A DNA stretch of 64,000 nucleotides from a bacterium. GTDB taxonomy: Bacteria > Sysuimicrobiota > Sysuimicrobiia > Sysuimicrobiales > Humicultoraceae. Made by a program: the position numbers and the translations under genes. Under the pieces are notes generated by a model, which was given only the letters and a program-made list of their open reading frames with translations, was not told where the DNA came from and searched no databases. Shown piece after piece: positions 49,775 through 58,470 of the stretch (within the stretch, counting starts at the first letter, position 1; each line of letters opens with the position of its first letter). The DNA is taken from contig JBGQGY010000002.1 in the NCBI GenBank assembly GCA_041497675.1, forward strand, positions 1 through 64,000, written 5' to 3'.

Positions 49775-50959
49775 CTACCGCCCGCGGGTCGCGACGATCT
49801 GTCTGAGGGATTGAGCGATGGCGTCGGCCACCTTCGCGTTCCCGGCTTCAGAAACGTGAAAGCGGTCGATGAAGATCGTCCGTGATTCGTCCGCAAAGAG
49901 TCCCGAGAGGTCGACGACGTTATCCAGCTTGCTGGCGCGAACTCGTTCTTGAAAGGTCTGATTGAAGGCCTGATACTCCTCCGCAAAGGCCGGCGCGGTA
50001 CGGCCCGGGCGCCGTGGAGCCGTCAACCGCCACCGTTCCTCGTCTGCCGAGAGCGTCTTTTTCGAGAAGATGGTCGGTTGCCAGAAAAACACGGCGCGGA
50101 ACCCGTACTGGCGCGCCAGCGCGTTCACGATCCGCACGTTCCCCACATAGGCATCCACGACCGCGCTTGCCGCGGCTGGCTCCAAAAAGCGCCTCGGCAA
50201 CGTACCCGGCGACGCCGAGTCTGTCGACCCCATGACGCCCCGGGCAAACCGAAACAGCGCAAGCTTGCCCAACAGCCCCTCTCTCCAGTTCAGTCGAGTG
50301 CGTGAATTGAACTCGCTGACTCGGTTGCCCTCATTCTGCGGCTGTCCCGCCACCCCGCTCTGAAAGGCTGCCCAGGCGTCGTTCACGCCATCGTAAAACA
50401 CGACGATCGCGGGAACGTTCCCCTTGCGCAACTCCAACATGAGGGTGATCACTTCTTGCGTGCTGACGTACCCGGTTTCACCATAGTTCACAATCCACGG
50501 CGACGGCCGCGTCGTTTCCGCCAGCCTCTTTGCCACGAGTGAGGGAATGGTAAATTCATCGCGAGCCCCCCACCCCCACATCGTCGATCCGCCAAACATG
50601 AAAATCCTCGGTTGCTCCGGCGACGGTACCGGCGAGGCGTTCCAGGTCTGCCGGACACCCAGCGCATCAACGTTGATATGGGCGCCCTTGTAAGGGTGCA
50701 GACGCCAATAGACATACGATCGCCACTGTTCCCGAAGCGCCCCGCGCGCTTCGCCGGGGTACCCGCGCACCCAGGGTTGCCCGGGGTTGGCCGCCGCTAG
50801 TCGGTCCTCGCTGATGAAACTGCTCTCTGTGGGGCCTCGGTGTCGGATCAAAAATACCAGTTGGAGTGCGCCCTCCAGCACAATCAGGACCAGCAGCGCG
50901 ACACCAATGTTGATCCACAGATTGCGGAATCCACGAATGACACGATCACGCATCAGCAC
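49775..50959 (-). CDS. Membrane-anchored SGNH/GDSL family protein (paralog)
   Basis: N-terminal TM, FGGSTMWG, YDGVND, DRFH. Confidence 0.82.
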   Translation of the reverse strand: MLMRDRVIRGFRNLWINIGVALLVLIVLEGALQLVFLIRHRGPTESSFISEDRLAAANPGQPWVRGYPGEARGALREQWRSYVYWRLHPYKGAHINVDALGVRQTWNASPVPSPEQPRIFMFGGSTMWGWGARDEFTIPSLVAKRLAETTRPSPWIVNYGETGYVSTQEVITLMLELRKGNVPAIVVFYDGVNDAWAAFQSGVAGQPQNEGNRVSEFNSRTRLNWREGLLGKLALFRFARGVMGSTDSASPGTLPRRFLEPAAASAVVDAYVGNVRIVNALARQYGFRAVFFWQPTIFSKKTLSADEERWRLTAPRRPGRTAPAFAEEYQAFNQTFQERVRASKLDNVVDLSGLFADESRTIFIDRFHVSEAGNAKVADAIAQSLRQIVATRGR

Positions 50960-50980
50960 ATGCCCTTGTTGAAGTTACGG

Positions 50981-52753
50981 TCACTTCTGAACCCGGAAAT
51001 TCCCCATAAAGAGGGCGTCGAGCCCGCTGCGAAGGAAGGTATCAATCGCATGACCAGGCTCGGTCACAATCGGCTCGCCCCGCAGGTTGAAAGACGTGTT
51101 CAGAACGACCGGCACGCCCGTCGCCTGGCCGAACTTCCTGAGGATCTCATAATATCGGAGATTCCACTCCGGGCGCACGGTCTGCAGCCGGCCTGTCCCC
51201 ATGTGGCTGACCGCCGGGATCCGGTCAGCGTGGTCTTGACGTATCGGGAGTACCAGGAGCATGAACCGCGAAGGATACTGCCGCGTCGCGTCATAGGTGA
51301 AATACTCTGCGGCACGTTCCTCGAGGATCGCCGGGGCGAATGGTCGAAATGGCTCCCGGAACTTGATCTTGCTGTTCACGATGTTCTTCATCTCGGCGCG
51401 GCGCGGATCGGCCAGGATGCTGCGGTTTCCGAGGGCCCGGGGTCCCCACTCAAACCGCCCCTGGAACCAGCCAATCACCCGGCCGGCGACGAGATCGTCG
51501 ACCGCGGAGTCTATGAGGCGGTCGTCGTCCTCCAGCAGCTGATAGCGGAGCCCGGTTCGCTCGAGCGCCTCGCGGATGTGGTCCGGTCCGTACGACGACC
51601 CCCAGTAAGCGTGCTCCATGGTGAACTCGCGGGGTTTCCCGAGGAGCACGTGATACGCGTACAGAGCGGCTCCGAGCGCCCCGCCGGAGTCACCTGCCGC
51701 CGGTTGGATAAACACCTCGTCAAACGGCCCCTCCTGTACGATGCGCCCGTTCGCCACGCTGTTGAGTGCGACGCCGCCGGCCAGACAGAGCTTCTTCAAC
51801 CCCGTCTTTTCATGCGCCTGCCGGACCATTCGCAGGGTAATGTCTTCGCTCATTTTCTGGACGCTGGCCGCGACGTCTGCGTAGTACTGGTTCTGACGCG
51901 ACACCTCGCTGTCGGCCGACACGTCGGGGTCGGTTACCGACGTTGCAAACTCCGCCTTGGGGTCGCGCGGCGGACCGAACAGTTCTTCAAACTTCTCGTT
52001 AAATGTCCGGTCGACCGAGTGATGGAAACAGAAGTATCGCATGTCGAGCCAGAACGAACCGTCATCCTCAACACGAATGACCTTCGAGACCTTGTCCAGG
52101 TAGCGGGGCTGACCGTACGGCGCCATGCCCATGACCTTGTACTCGCCGTCATTGACCTCGAAGCCCAAGAACGCGGTAAACGCAGAATACAACAGGCCCA
52201 ACGAATGCGGGAAACGCAGCTCGCTGATCGTCCGCAGTTCGTTCCGAGCCCCGTTTGCCCATGCCGCCCGCCCGTGACCGATCGTGGCGGTGGCCCATTC
52301 ACCCACGCCGTCAAACGTCACCGTCGCGGCTTCATCGAACGGCGAGCAAAAGAACGCACTCGCAGCGTGCGATTGGTGGTGATCGACAAACAGGATCTTG
52401 TCGGACGGAGTCTTCAAGTGGTCCTGAATCCTCCGCTTGATCCACAGCTTATCCTTGAACCAACTGATCATCGACTCGCGAAACACGGCCGCGGAGCGTG
52501 GAAATGTGGCCATGGCCGTCATCAGAATCCGGTCGAACTTCACAAAGGGTTTCTCGTAGAAGACCACGTAGTCCAGCTCCCCGCTCTCGATACCAGCCTG
52601 CTCGAGACAAAAGTGAATCGCGTGGAGGGGAAAGCCGTAGTCGTGCTTCTTTCGCGAGAAACGCTCCTCTTCAGCCGCCGCCACCAGCTGGCCAGCTCGA
52701 AGCAAGACTGCCGCGGCGTCGTGATAAAAGCACGAAATCCCCAGAATGTGCAT
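50981..52753 (-). CDS. O-carbamoyltransferase (NodU/CmcH/SxtI family)
   Basis: YHDAAA, EEERFSRKKHD, HHQSHAASAF, DGVGE, EYKVMGMAPYG, GGVALN, GPRALGNRS, KFREPFRPFAP, NTSFN. Confidence 0.96.
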   Translation of the reverse strand: MHILGISCFYHDAAAVLLRAGQLVAAAEEERFSRKKHDYGFPLHAIHFCLEQAGIESGELDYVVFYEKPFVKFDRILMTAMATFPRSAAVFRESMISWFKDKLWIKRRIQDHLKTPSDKILFVDHHQSHAASAFFCSPFDEAATVTFDGVGEWATATIGHGRAAWANGARNELRTISELRFPHSLGLLYSAFTAFLGFEVNDGEYKVMGMAPYGQPRYLDKVSKVIRVEDDGSFWLDMRYFCFHHSVDRTFNEKFEELFGPPRDPKAEFATSVTDPDVSADSEVSRQNQYYADVAASVQKMSEDITLRMVRQAHEKTGLKKLCLAGGVALNSVANGRIVQEGPFDEVFIQPAAGDSGGALGAALYAYHVLLGKPREFTMEHAYWGSSYGPDHIREALERTGLRYQLLEDDDRLIDSAVDDLVAGRVIGWFQGRFEWGPRALGNRSILADPRRAEMKNIVNSKIKFREPFRPFAPAILEERAAEYFTYDATRQYPSRFMLLVLPIRQDHADRIPAVSHMGTGRLQTVRPEWNLRYYEILRKFGQATGVPVVLNTSFNLRGEPIVTEPGHAIDTFLRSGLDALFMGNFRVQK

Positions 52754-52980
52754 TAGAACTGCCTCCTGGAGGCTTCCAGACTATCCTCATGCGCCGGTTT
52801 GGCGACCCAGGTCGACGGTCGAGTCGGAGGCTTCAGGCCCAACGGGTCGCGCAGCAACCTGACAACAATGGCCATCGGGCCCAAGACGACGAAGTACACG
52901 ACCGTCAAGATCACGCGGGCTTGAAAGTCACCGATCCGTTGCGCCAGGACCTTCCATTTCGCCCAGAGAGTGCCAAGCAT
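52753..52980 (-). CDS. SxtJ-like small membrane protein
   Basis: W..LAQRIG...VILTVVYFVVLGP....RDPL...RRQF; TAATG overlap with the carbamoyltransferase; start could extend to 53064. Confidence 0.75.
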   Translation of the reverse strand: MLGTLWAKWKVLAQRIGDFQARVILTVVYFVVLGPMAIVVRLLRDPLGLKPPTRPSTWVAKPAHEDSLEASRRQF

Positions 52981-53067
52981 CTCGATCCCTCTCGTCCGGG
53001 CCGGCCGCGGACTGTCGGCCGGATCCACGGAAACCGCTGGTTTTCCCACGCGTGCGTCATCCACCAG

Positions 53068-54678
53068 TCACACCCCAGAGGCCTTGTCGTTCTTCCGCTG
53101 TGAAAACGCCAGTGTATGAAACGGGAGCAACTTGCCTGATGCCGTGGGCACCGGCTCGTGTCGAACGACCTTAATGGTCTCGGCCTGCCGCCACATCGGC
53201 GGAGCCGGGCGGCCTCGGGCGGAGGGGCTGCGCAGTTCCTGGACAAACCGCGCCAACAGTTGACGTTCGTCCACTGTGCCGACCGCAGGGCTCACCACGA
53301 GATGCAATCGGGTCAAATGCCCCTCGTCTTCGACCTCCAGCAGCTGGTAGTCTATGCTCCGCCCGCCGAATTCTCGCGGTAGCACTTCCTCAAGGATCCG
53401 CACACATTCTGTGCCCAAAACCGTCACGCCTTCGCCTGTCAATTTTGAGAAGCTCCTGATCCCGGACAGGTGGGTGTGGAAACCGAGCTCATCCCACAGA
53501 CACCCGCACCGCCGGACGCTGATCCGACCGAAATCATCCGAATCCAGGTTGAGCAGAATCATCGGGCTTGTTGCAAGCAACGTGGTGATCATGAATCCTT
53601 CTACCGATTCGCCGTCAGATTGAATCCGCAGGTCGGGAATGAGCGCGAAGCTGTCCGCGATGAAGTGCACGTCGTCTACGTCGTTCGGTTGGCCACAAGC
53701 GCCTCCGATCGCCCCAATCTCGGTGATGTTATACCGGACGCCTACGCGCGCCCCGGTGCGATTGATCTCGGCATGCTTCCCCGGCGTGAGCGGCTCACCG
53801 CCGACGACGAAGGCAATACGCTCGAGGTCCTCACGCTTCTGCGCTGCGAGCCCTGCGAGCCTGGTGGCCCCACTCGGGCTCGTCACGACCGTGCACCCGC
53901 CGTGGCGCGCGCGCGCCTGTACCACCGCCTCATAGACGCCGGCGGCTCCTGTGAGTGGCACGTGCTCGATGAACGGCAGACGGAGGCCATGGGTGACGCC
54001 GACGGCCTGACCAAATCGGTACATCAATTGGTGCAGCCGCGGCGCCCTCACGATGGTCAGGTCGGTCATGCTGAACCACCGCAACGTCGCGCGGTGCATA
54101 TGCGCAAGGGTCAGCCACCACAAGAAGCCCGCTTCCCTCGGCATCCAGATAATGGCCGGCCACCGGCCGCCCCCAATCGCTTCGACAGTCAAACACCAGG
54201 TGGGGGCGCGTTGATCGGCAAGATAGGTGAACGTGGCCGGGACCCGGTCCCCCTGGCTCCGCGTCCCACCCGTGCGTGTTTCAAACGTCGGGAGAATCCC
54301 TGGGTTGTCCGTGCTCACGTCATTCCAGTCCAGTTGCCGCGCTCCCCGCTGGATCGGTTTCCGCTCTTTGAACTCGCTGTGGCTCAGGTAGACTCCCGAA
54401 TCGCGCAGCGACACCAGGGTGGCGTCAAGACCATTCTTCCGTACCGCATCCTCAAGACTGTCGGGCGTCCAGCCCGCCCAGGTCAGTAGATGATAGTACG
54501 GGCTCCGAGAATTCTGCCAAATCGTCTCGCGCACCACCTGGAGGAACAGCTGATCCCGCATGGTGATGCGGCGGCGAAGGAGCGCTCGGGCGGTTTCGGG
54601 CGTGCACGGTCGGCGCATCAGCCCCGCGAGGCCCTGGGCCATCTGTACCGCCTGTCTGAAATCAGACGTCAGCGACAC
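53068..54678 (-). CDS. PaaK/CapK-like adenylate-forming enzyme
   Basis: TRTGGTRS P-loop-like motif, GGEP, YNITEIG, CGC, C-terminal TASGK. Confidence 0.6.
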   Translation of the reverse strand: MSLTSDFRQAVQMAQGLAGLMRRPCTPETARALLRRRITMRDQLFLQVVRETIWQNSRSPYYHLLTWAGWTPDSLEDAVRKNGLDATLVSLRDSGVYLSHSEFKERKPIQRGARQLDWNDVSTDNPGILPTFETRTGGTRSQGDRVPATFTYLADQRAPTWCLTVEAIGGGRWPAIIWMPREAGFLWWLTLAHMHRATLRWFSMTDLTIVRAPRLHQLMYRFGQAVGVTHGLRLPFIEHVPLTGAAGVYEAVVQARARHGGCTVVTSPSGATRLAGLAAQKREDLERIAFVVGGEPLTPGKHAEINRTGARVGVRYNITEIGAIGGACGQPNDVDDVHFIADSFALIPDLRIQSDGESVEGFMITTLLATSPMILLNLDSDDFGRISVRRCGCLWDELGFHTHLSGIRSFSKLTGEGVTVLGTECVRILEEVLPREFGGRSIDYQLLEVEDEGHLTRLHLVVSPAVGTVDERQLLARFVQELRSPSARGRPAPPMWRQAETIKVVRHEPVPTASGKLLPFHTLAFSQRKNDKASGV

Positions 54679-54682
54679 AACG

Positions 54683-55897
54683 CTATCCTTCAGCAGCCTG
54701 GTCTGGGCTACTGGGAGCCTCGTGCGGAGTCCGGCCAAGCCACTTGCGGCGAAGTCCTGATATCGCGACCCCGGCCCAGCGCCGGGCGGCCACGACCGCC
54801 ACGACGCGCGGCCGGCGCCTCCAGACGACCAACGCCTTGTCACGACGCAGGGCGGCGGCCCACCGCTGTTGCTTGTACGCCTCCCCACCGCGCAGGAAGT
54901 CGAACTCCGTAGCACCTTCGGCGATCGCTTCCTGGATCGCATGCCCCAACAAAAGCGTGCTGACGCCAAAGCGGGACCAGCTCGGATCGAATCCGGTCTG
55001 CAAATCTACCACTCGACCCCCCAGGCTCAGACAGTACTCGGCCGCCACGTATCGGTCCCCCACACGCATGAGGTACAAGCGCAGCCAGCCGCGCTCCGCG
55101 GCCCGCTCCAGGAATACCCGGTGAAAAGCGAGTGATCGCCGGGTCGTAAATGCGCTGCGGTCTCCCGCGACCTGCCGGCGTTCATCATGGAGCCGAAGCA
55201 ACACATCCCACGCATGTGCCAGTTCTTCTGTCCGTTGCACCCGCTCGACGACCACCTCACCGTGCTCCCGCAGGCGCCGCCACCGGCGCCCCAAGTCCTT
55301 CCGAGCATCCGAGCGCAGCGTGCGTAGGAAATCCTCCCACGATCCCGGAAGCGAAATGTACGGGCAAATGTCGGCCGTCCTCGATACGCTCGCAAGCCCT
55401 CGGCCGACGGCGACAACAGTGGTTTCCAACCACTGCGCGGTCTCGTCTTCAAGTCTTGGGAACTCCAGAACGTCCCACCGGGGATCTGACAGCAACCACT
55501 CCGCGACCGCACTACGCACCTCTGCCTCGGCACCGCGGCGTACCAGCACGGCCAAATGATCAGCGCCGACACCGACCCCCATGAAACGCATCGTGCGCAC
55601 CGCGAGCGGTCCGCGGGCCGACGTGTCACAGAGCGGCGCAAGACCTACCAACTTGCCATCGGTCTCCCGCCGCAACAGCAACACCCTAGGCCTCGTCCCC
55701 CTGGGGCTGAACTCTTTGAGCCATATCGTCATCCATTCCCATGACAGGAACACGCTGGGGCGCGCCGTGTCCAGCAACAAATCTGTCCACTCCTCGCGGA
55801 GCCCGACCACCTTTTCGAGCTCGGTGACGACAGCGACAGTGAGCCCATCCACTCGCGCCACCTCGCGTCTGTCAAGCACCGCCGCCACGGCCGTCAT
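54683..55897 (-). CDS. GNAT family acyltransferase (CelD/BcsL-like)
   Basis: VFLSWEW, LVGLAPL, PYISLPGSWEDF, FDFLRGGEAYK. Confidence 0.85.
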   Translation of the reverse strand: MTAVAAVLDRREVARVDGLTVAVVTELEKVVGLREEWTDLLLDTARPSVFLSWEWMTIWLKEFSPRGTRPRVLLLRRETDGKLVGLAPLCDTSARGPLAVRTMRFMGVGVGADHLAVLVRRGAEAEVRSAVAEWLLSDPRWDVLEFPRLEDETAQWLETTVVAVGRGLASVSRTADICPYISLPGSWEDFLRTLRSDARKDLGRRWRRLREHGEVVVERVQRTEELAHAWDVLLRLHDERRQVAGDRSAFTTRRSLAFHRVFLERAAERGWLRLYLMRVGDRYVAAEYCLSLGGRVVDLQTGFDPSWSRFGVSTLLLGHAIQEAIAEGATEFDFLRGGEAYKQQRWAAALRRDKALVVWRRRPRVVAVVAARRWAGVAISGLRRKWLGRTPHEAPSSPDQAAEG

Positions 55898-57234
55898 GCG
55901 CGGGAAATTTTGGGCCAAGTAGTGCGCGAGCCAAGATAGGCGATCCACATGAAGACATATGGAAAGATCTGCACGCGCTGACGGGCGATGATCCCGAAGT
56001 TGGTGACTGCCGAAAAGATGTAGATGAACATGAGAGCGTAGAGCACCGATAGCAGCAGGAAACTGTTGCGCGGCGATCCCGAGATTGCGGCGATCACACT
56101 CCGGCGACGATACACGATGAGGCTCAAAAGGGCCAAGCTTTCGAGCGCCGTCACCATCGCGTTCATGTTGTGCGCCTCCCACGGGAACGGCCGAAACAGG
56201 ACAGTCGGGATCAAGATAGCCAGCCCGAGGGGACTCGTGGTGTCGATCGGCGTGAACGCTGATCCGCCGTGCTCTCCTTCGCCGAGGATGTGTCGCTGCT
56301 GTCCGGTGTATCCCTGCCGCTCGCTGATGAAACCCTGCACTTCCTGCGCGTCCAACCCCTCCAGGCCCACGACCCGGCTCGCGACTACGGCGATCCCAAC
56401 CGCGAATACCGTAACCAAGATGAGCCCAACGACCTTGACGAACGGCGCCAAGCTCCCCTGCCTCACCGGACGAACAACGAGCGACATCATCAGGGCCACG
56501 CCAAAGATGGCGGCGAGATGGGCCCTAATAGCCAGCATGGCTCCGATCCCCAGCAACAGACCCACGACGCTCCCGATGTCAAACCGTCTCAGTGACCGCG
56601 CCACCCCATAGGCCGCGGTCCCTCCTGCCAGCATCATCACGGCATCCTTGCCCAGGCTGCTGGTCCAGAGCAGCAGAGACGGGAACAGCAACACGAGGAT
56701 CATGTAGAGCCGGTGGTTACCCTGCGGGAACGCCGTCACGAACGCCTTGTAGAAGAGCAGCATCCCGATCAGGCCAAGCCAGGCCCAGATATACGACACT
56801 CCCACAAGCGTCGGGCCGGTGAGCAGATACGCGAAAGCGGTGAGAAGGCGCACGGCGAAACTCCCGGTGAACCGCCCGGTTAACGGCCATTCGCCCGCCG
56901 CCAGCGAGTACGACATCTCCTCCCCCGCCGCGCTATACACGTAGGCATCCGCCAGCAGGCCAGTAGCGAAACGGAAGTGGACGGCAAATATCTTAAGAGC
57001 AAAACTTGCCATGAGCAGCCAAAACAGCAGATCCGCATCTGCATCATTTCGTGCGGCGATGCGGAAGATCACAATAGAAAGCAAGACGAGGACCACCAGG
57101 ACGACGCTCATCCGCATAGTCGCGATGTCGTTACCACCGACAAAGATGCCGGCAACCCACGCCACACTCGCGAGCAGCGGGATCGCGACGATCAAACGCC
57201 GCAGCTGACTTCGATCTATCGCCAGGGTGCTCAT
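55894..57234 (-). CDS. Polytopic membrane protein, probable Wzy-like polymerase
   Basis: DA..Y loop, PSLLLWTSSLGKDA, LFRPFPWE, NFGIIARQR. Confidence 0.65.
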   Translation of the reverse strand: MSTLAIDRSQLRRLIVAIPLLASVAWVAGIFVGGNDIATMRMSVVLVVLVLLSIVIFRIAARNDADADLLFWLLMASFALKIFAVHFRFATGLLADAYVYSAAGEEMSYSLAAGEWPLTGRFTGSFAVRLLTAFAYLLTGPTLVGVSYIWAWLGLIGMLLFYKAFVTAFPQGNHRLYMILVLLFPSLLLWTSSLGKDAVMMLAGGTAAYGVARSLRRFDIGSVVGLLLGIGAMLAIRAHLAAIFGVALMMSLVVRPVRQGSLAPFVKVVGLILVTVFAVGIAVVASRVVGLEGLDAQEVQGFISERQGYTGQQRHILGEGEHGGSAFTPIDTTSPLGLAILIPTVLFRPFPWEAHNMNAMVTALESLALLSLIVYRRRSVIAAISGSPRNSFLLLSVLYALMFIYIFSAVTNFGIIARQRVQIFPYVFMWIAYLGSRTTWPKISRA

Positions 57235-57274
57235 CTGTGCGTCCTCACAGCCTCTTCAGCATTGAGCGCAACAC

Positions 57275-57880
57275 CTAACCCGGGAGCCCAGTCACGCCCT
57301 GGGGGCCGGGACCATAGTCGTGCGTGTCGCCAGAGATCTCCCCAGCACGCGCGAGCTCGACGAGCTCCTGGAGCAGGACGCCGTCGTTCAACCGGTTCAT
57401 GAATTCCTTGTCCGGCAGCGTCTCGATTTCATTGACGGTATCTTCGATTTCCTCGAAACGTAGGAAGATCTGGTAGGCCGCCGGGCTCATCGCCCGCCTC
57501 ATCTCTTGTTCCAGAAGAACCTGCAACACCAGCAAGAACTCGGAGCTCACCCGGCGGCTCAACCAGTGACAGTAGTCCTCAAGGAGGTTCAAGCGCCGGT
57601 CCGTCAGATACGAGATATCGCGCCGCCCCACCGCTTCGCCCAGTTGTCTGTGCGTGGTGGCCAGCTCCGAGAGCAGCCGCACATAGTCGGCGAGCACTTT
57701 GGTCGAAGGACTTGGGACGCGACTACTTTGCACGGCGATGAATCGGTGCTCGACCTCCTGGAGCGCATGCCGTAGCGGCCCGGTGGCCACTCGCACGGCA
57801 TCGCTCCGGCGAACCACGCGGGTACGAACCTGCACTCGGGACTCGGCCTCCGGCGTACGCTCGCCCGAACTGCTGGTCAT
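57275..57880 (-). CDS. Hypothetical helical protein
   Basis: ATG overlaps the upstream TGA; fills the operon gap; no recognised motif. Confidence 0.6.
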   Translation of the reverse strand: MTSSSGERTPEAESRVQVRTRVVRRSDAVRVATGPLRHALQEVEHRFIAVQSSRVPSPSTKVLADYVRLLSELATTHRQLGEAVGRRDISYLTDRRLNLLEDYCHWLSRRVSSEFLLVLQVLLEQEMRRAMSPAAYQIFLRFEEIEDTVNEIETLPDKEFMNRLNDGVLLQELVELARAGEISGDTHDYGPGPQGVTGLPG

Positions 57881-58464
57881 CGGATACCCCCCAGGAATAG
57901 CACCAGCTTGCCGTACTCCCGCACAACAAGACGCCGCTCGAATTCCCTGGTCCACCATCGATCCACTCGGAAGTGTCCGTCATCAACGGCCAGGACGCGA
58001 ACACTCAGCCGCCTCGGGCGAAATTCCCTGGCAAAGATCATTCCCGCTCGGCGCGTGTGGTAGGGCGACGTCAGCAGAATGCCGCTTGCCAACCGGCGTC
58101 CTTCCATGAGACCGGCTGATCCGCGCGCGTTGTCCACGGTGCTCTCAGCCCGGTCATCGACCAGGAGTCGTTCAGGCAGCATACCCGCAGCGAGGGCCTG
58201 ATCCCTCATGATCAAGCCAGAATTCAATCCGAACGCGTAGGGACCGCCGCTGACAATCAGCCACTGACCGTACCCATCTCGAAGGATGCGCATGGCTGTC
58301 GCCACGCGCTCCGGACCGTCACCGCCGATCGCGATTACGGCATCCGCTCTCTCCAGCGGATCGCTGACGACAAGAAACGCTCCGGTGGCCTGAAGGAGCG
58401 GCTCTCGACCGAACCACGCCGCCGCCCCAACGACGACACACGTTAGGATGACACTTGCCCGCAT
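57877..58464 (-). CDS. YdcF/DUF218 family protein
   Basis: ADAVIAIGG, SGG, STVDNA, LTSPYHTRRA, REYGK. Confidence 0.88.
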   Translation of the reverse strand: MRASVILTCVVVGAAAWFGREPLLQATGAFLVVSDPLERADAVIAIGGDGPERVATAMRILRDGYGQWLIVSGGPYAFGLNSGLIMRDQALAAGMLPERLLVDDRAESTVDNARGSAGLMEGRRLASGILLTSPYHTRRAGMIFAREFRPRRLSVRVLAVDDGHFRVDRWWTREFERRLVVREYGKLVLFLGGIR

Positions 58465-58470
58465 GACCGG

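Noticed and set aside
46691..52980. Saxitoxin biosynthesis cluster
   Set aside because: Only sxtI/J/K/L-like families are present; no sxtA, sxtG or sxtB core genes, and the context is glycan synthesis
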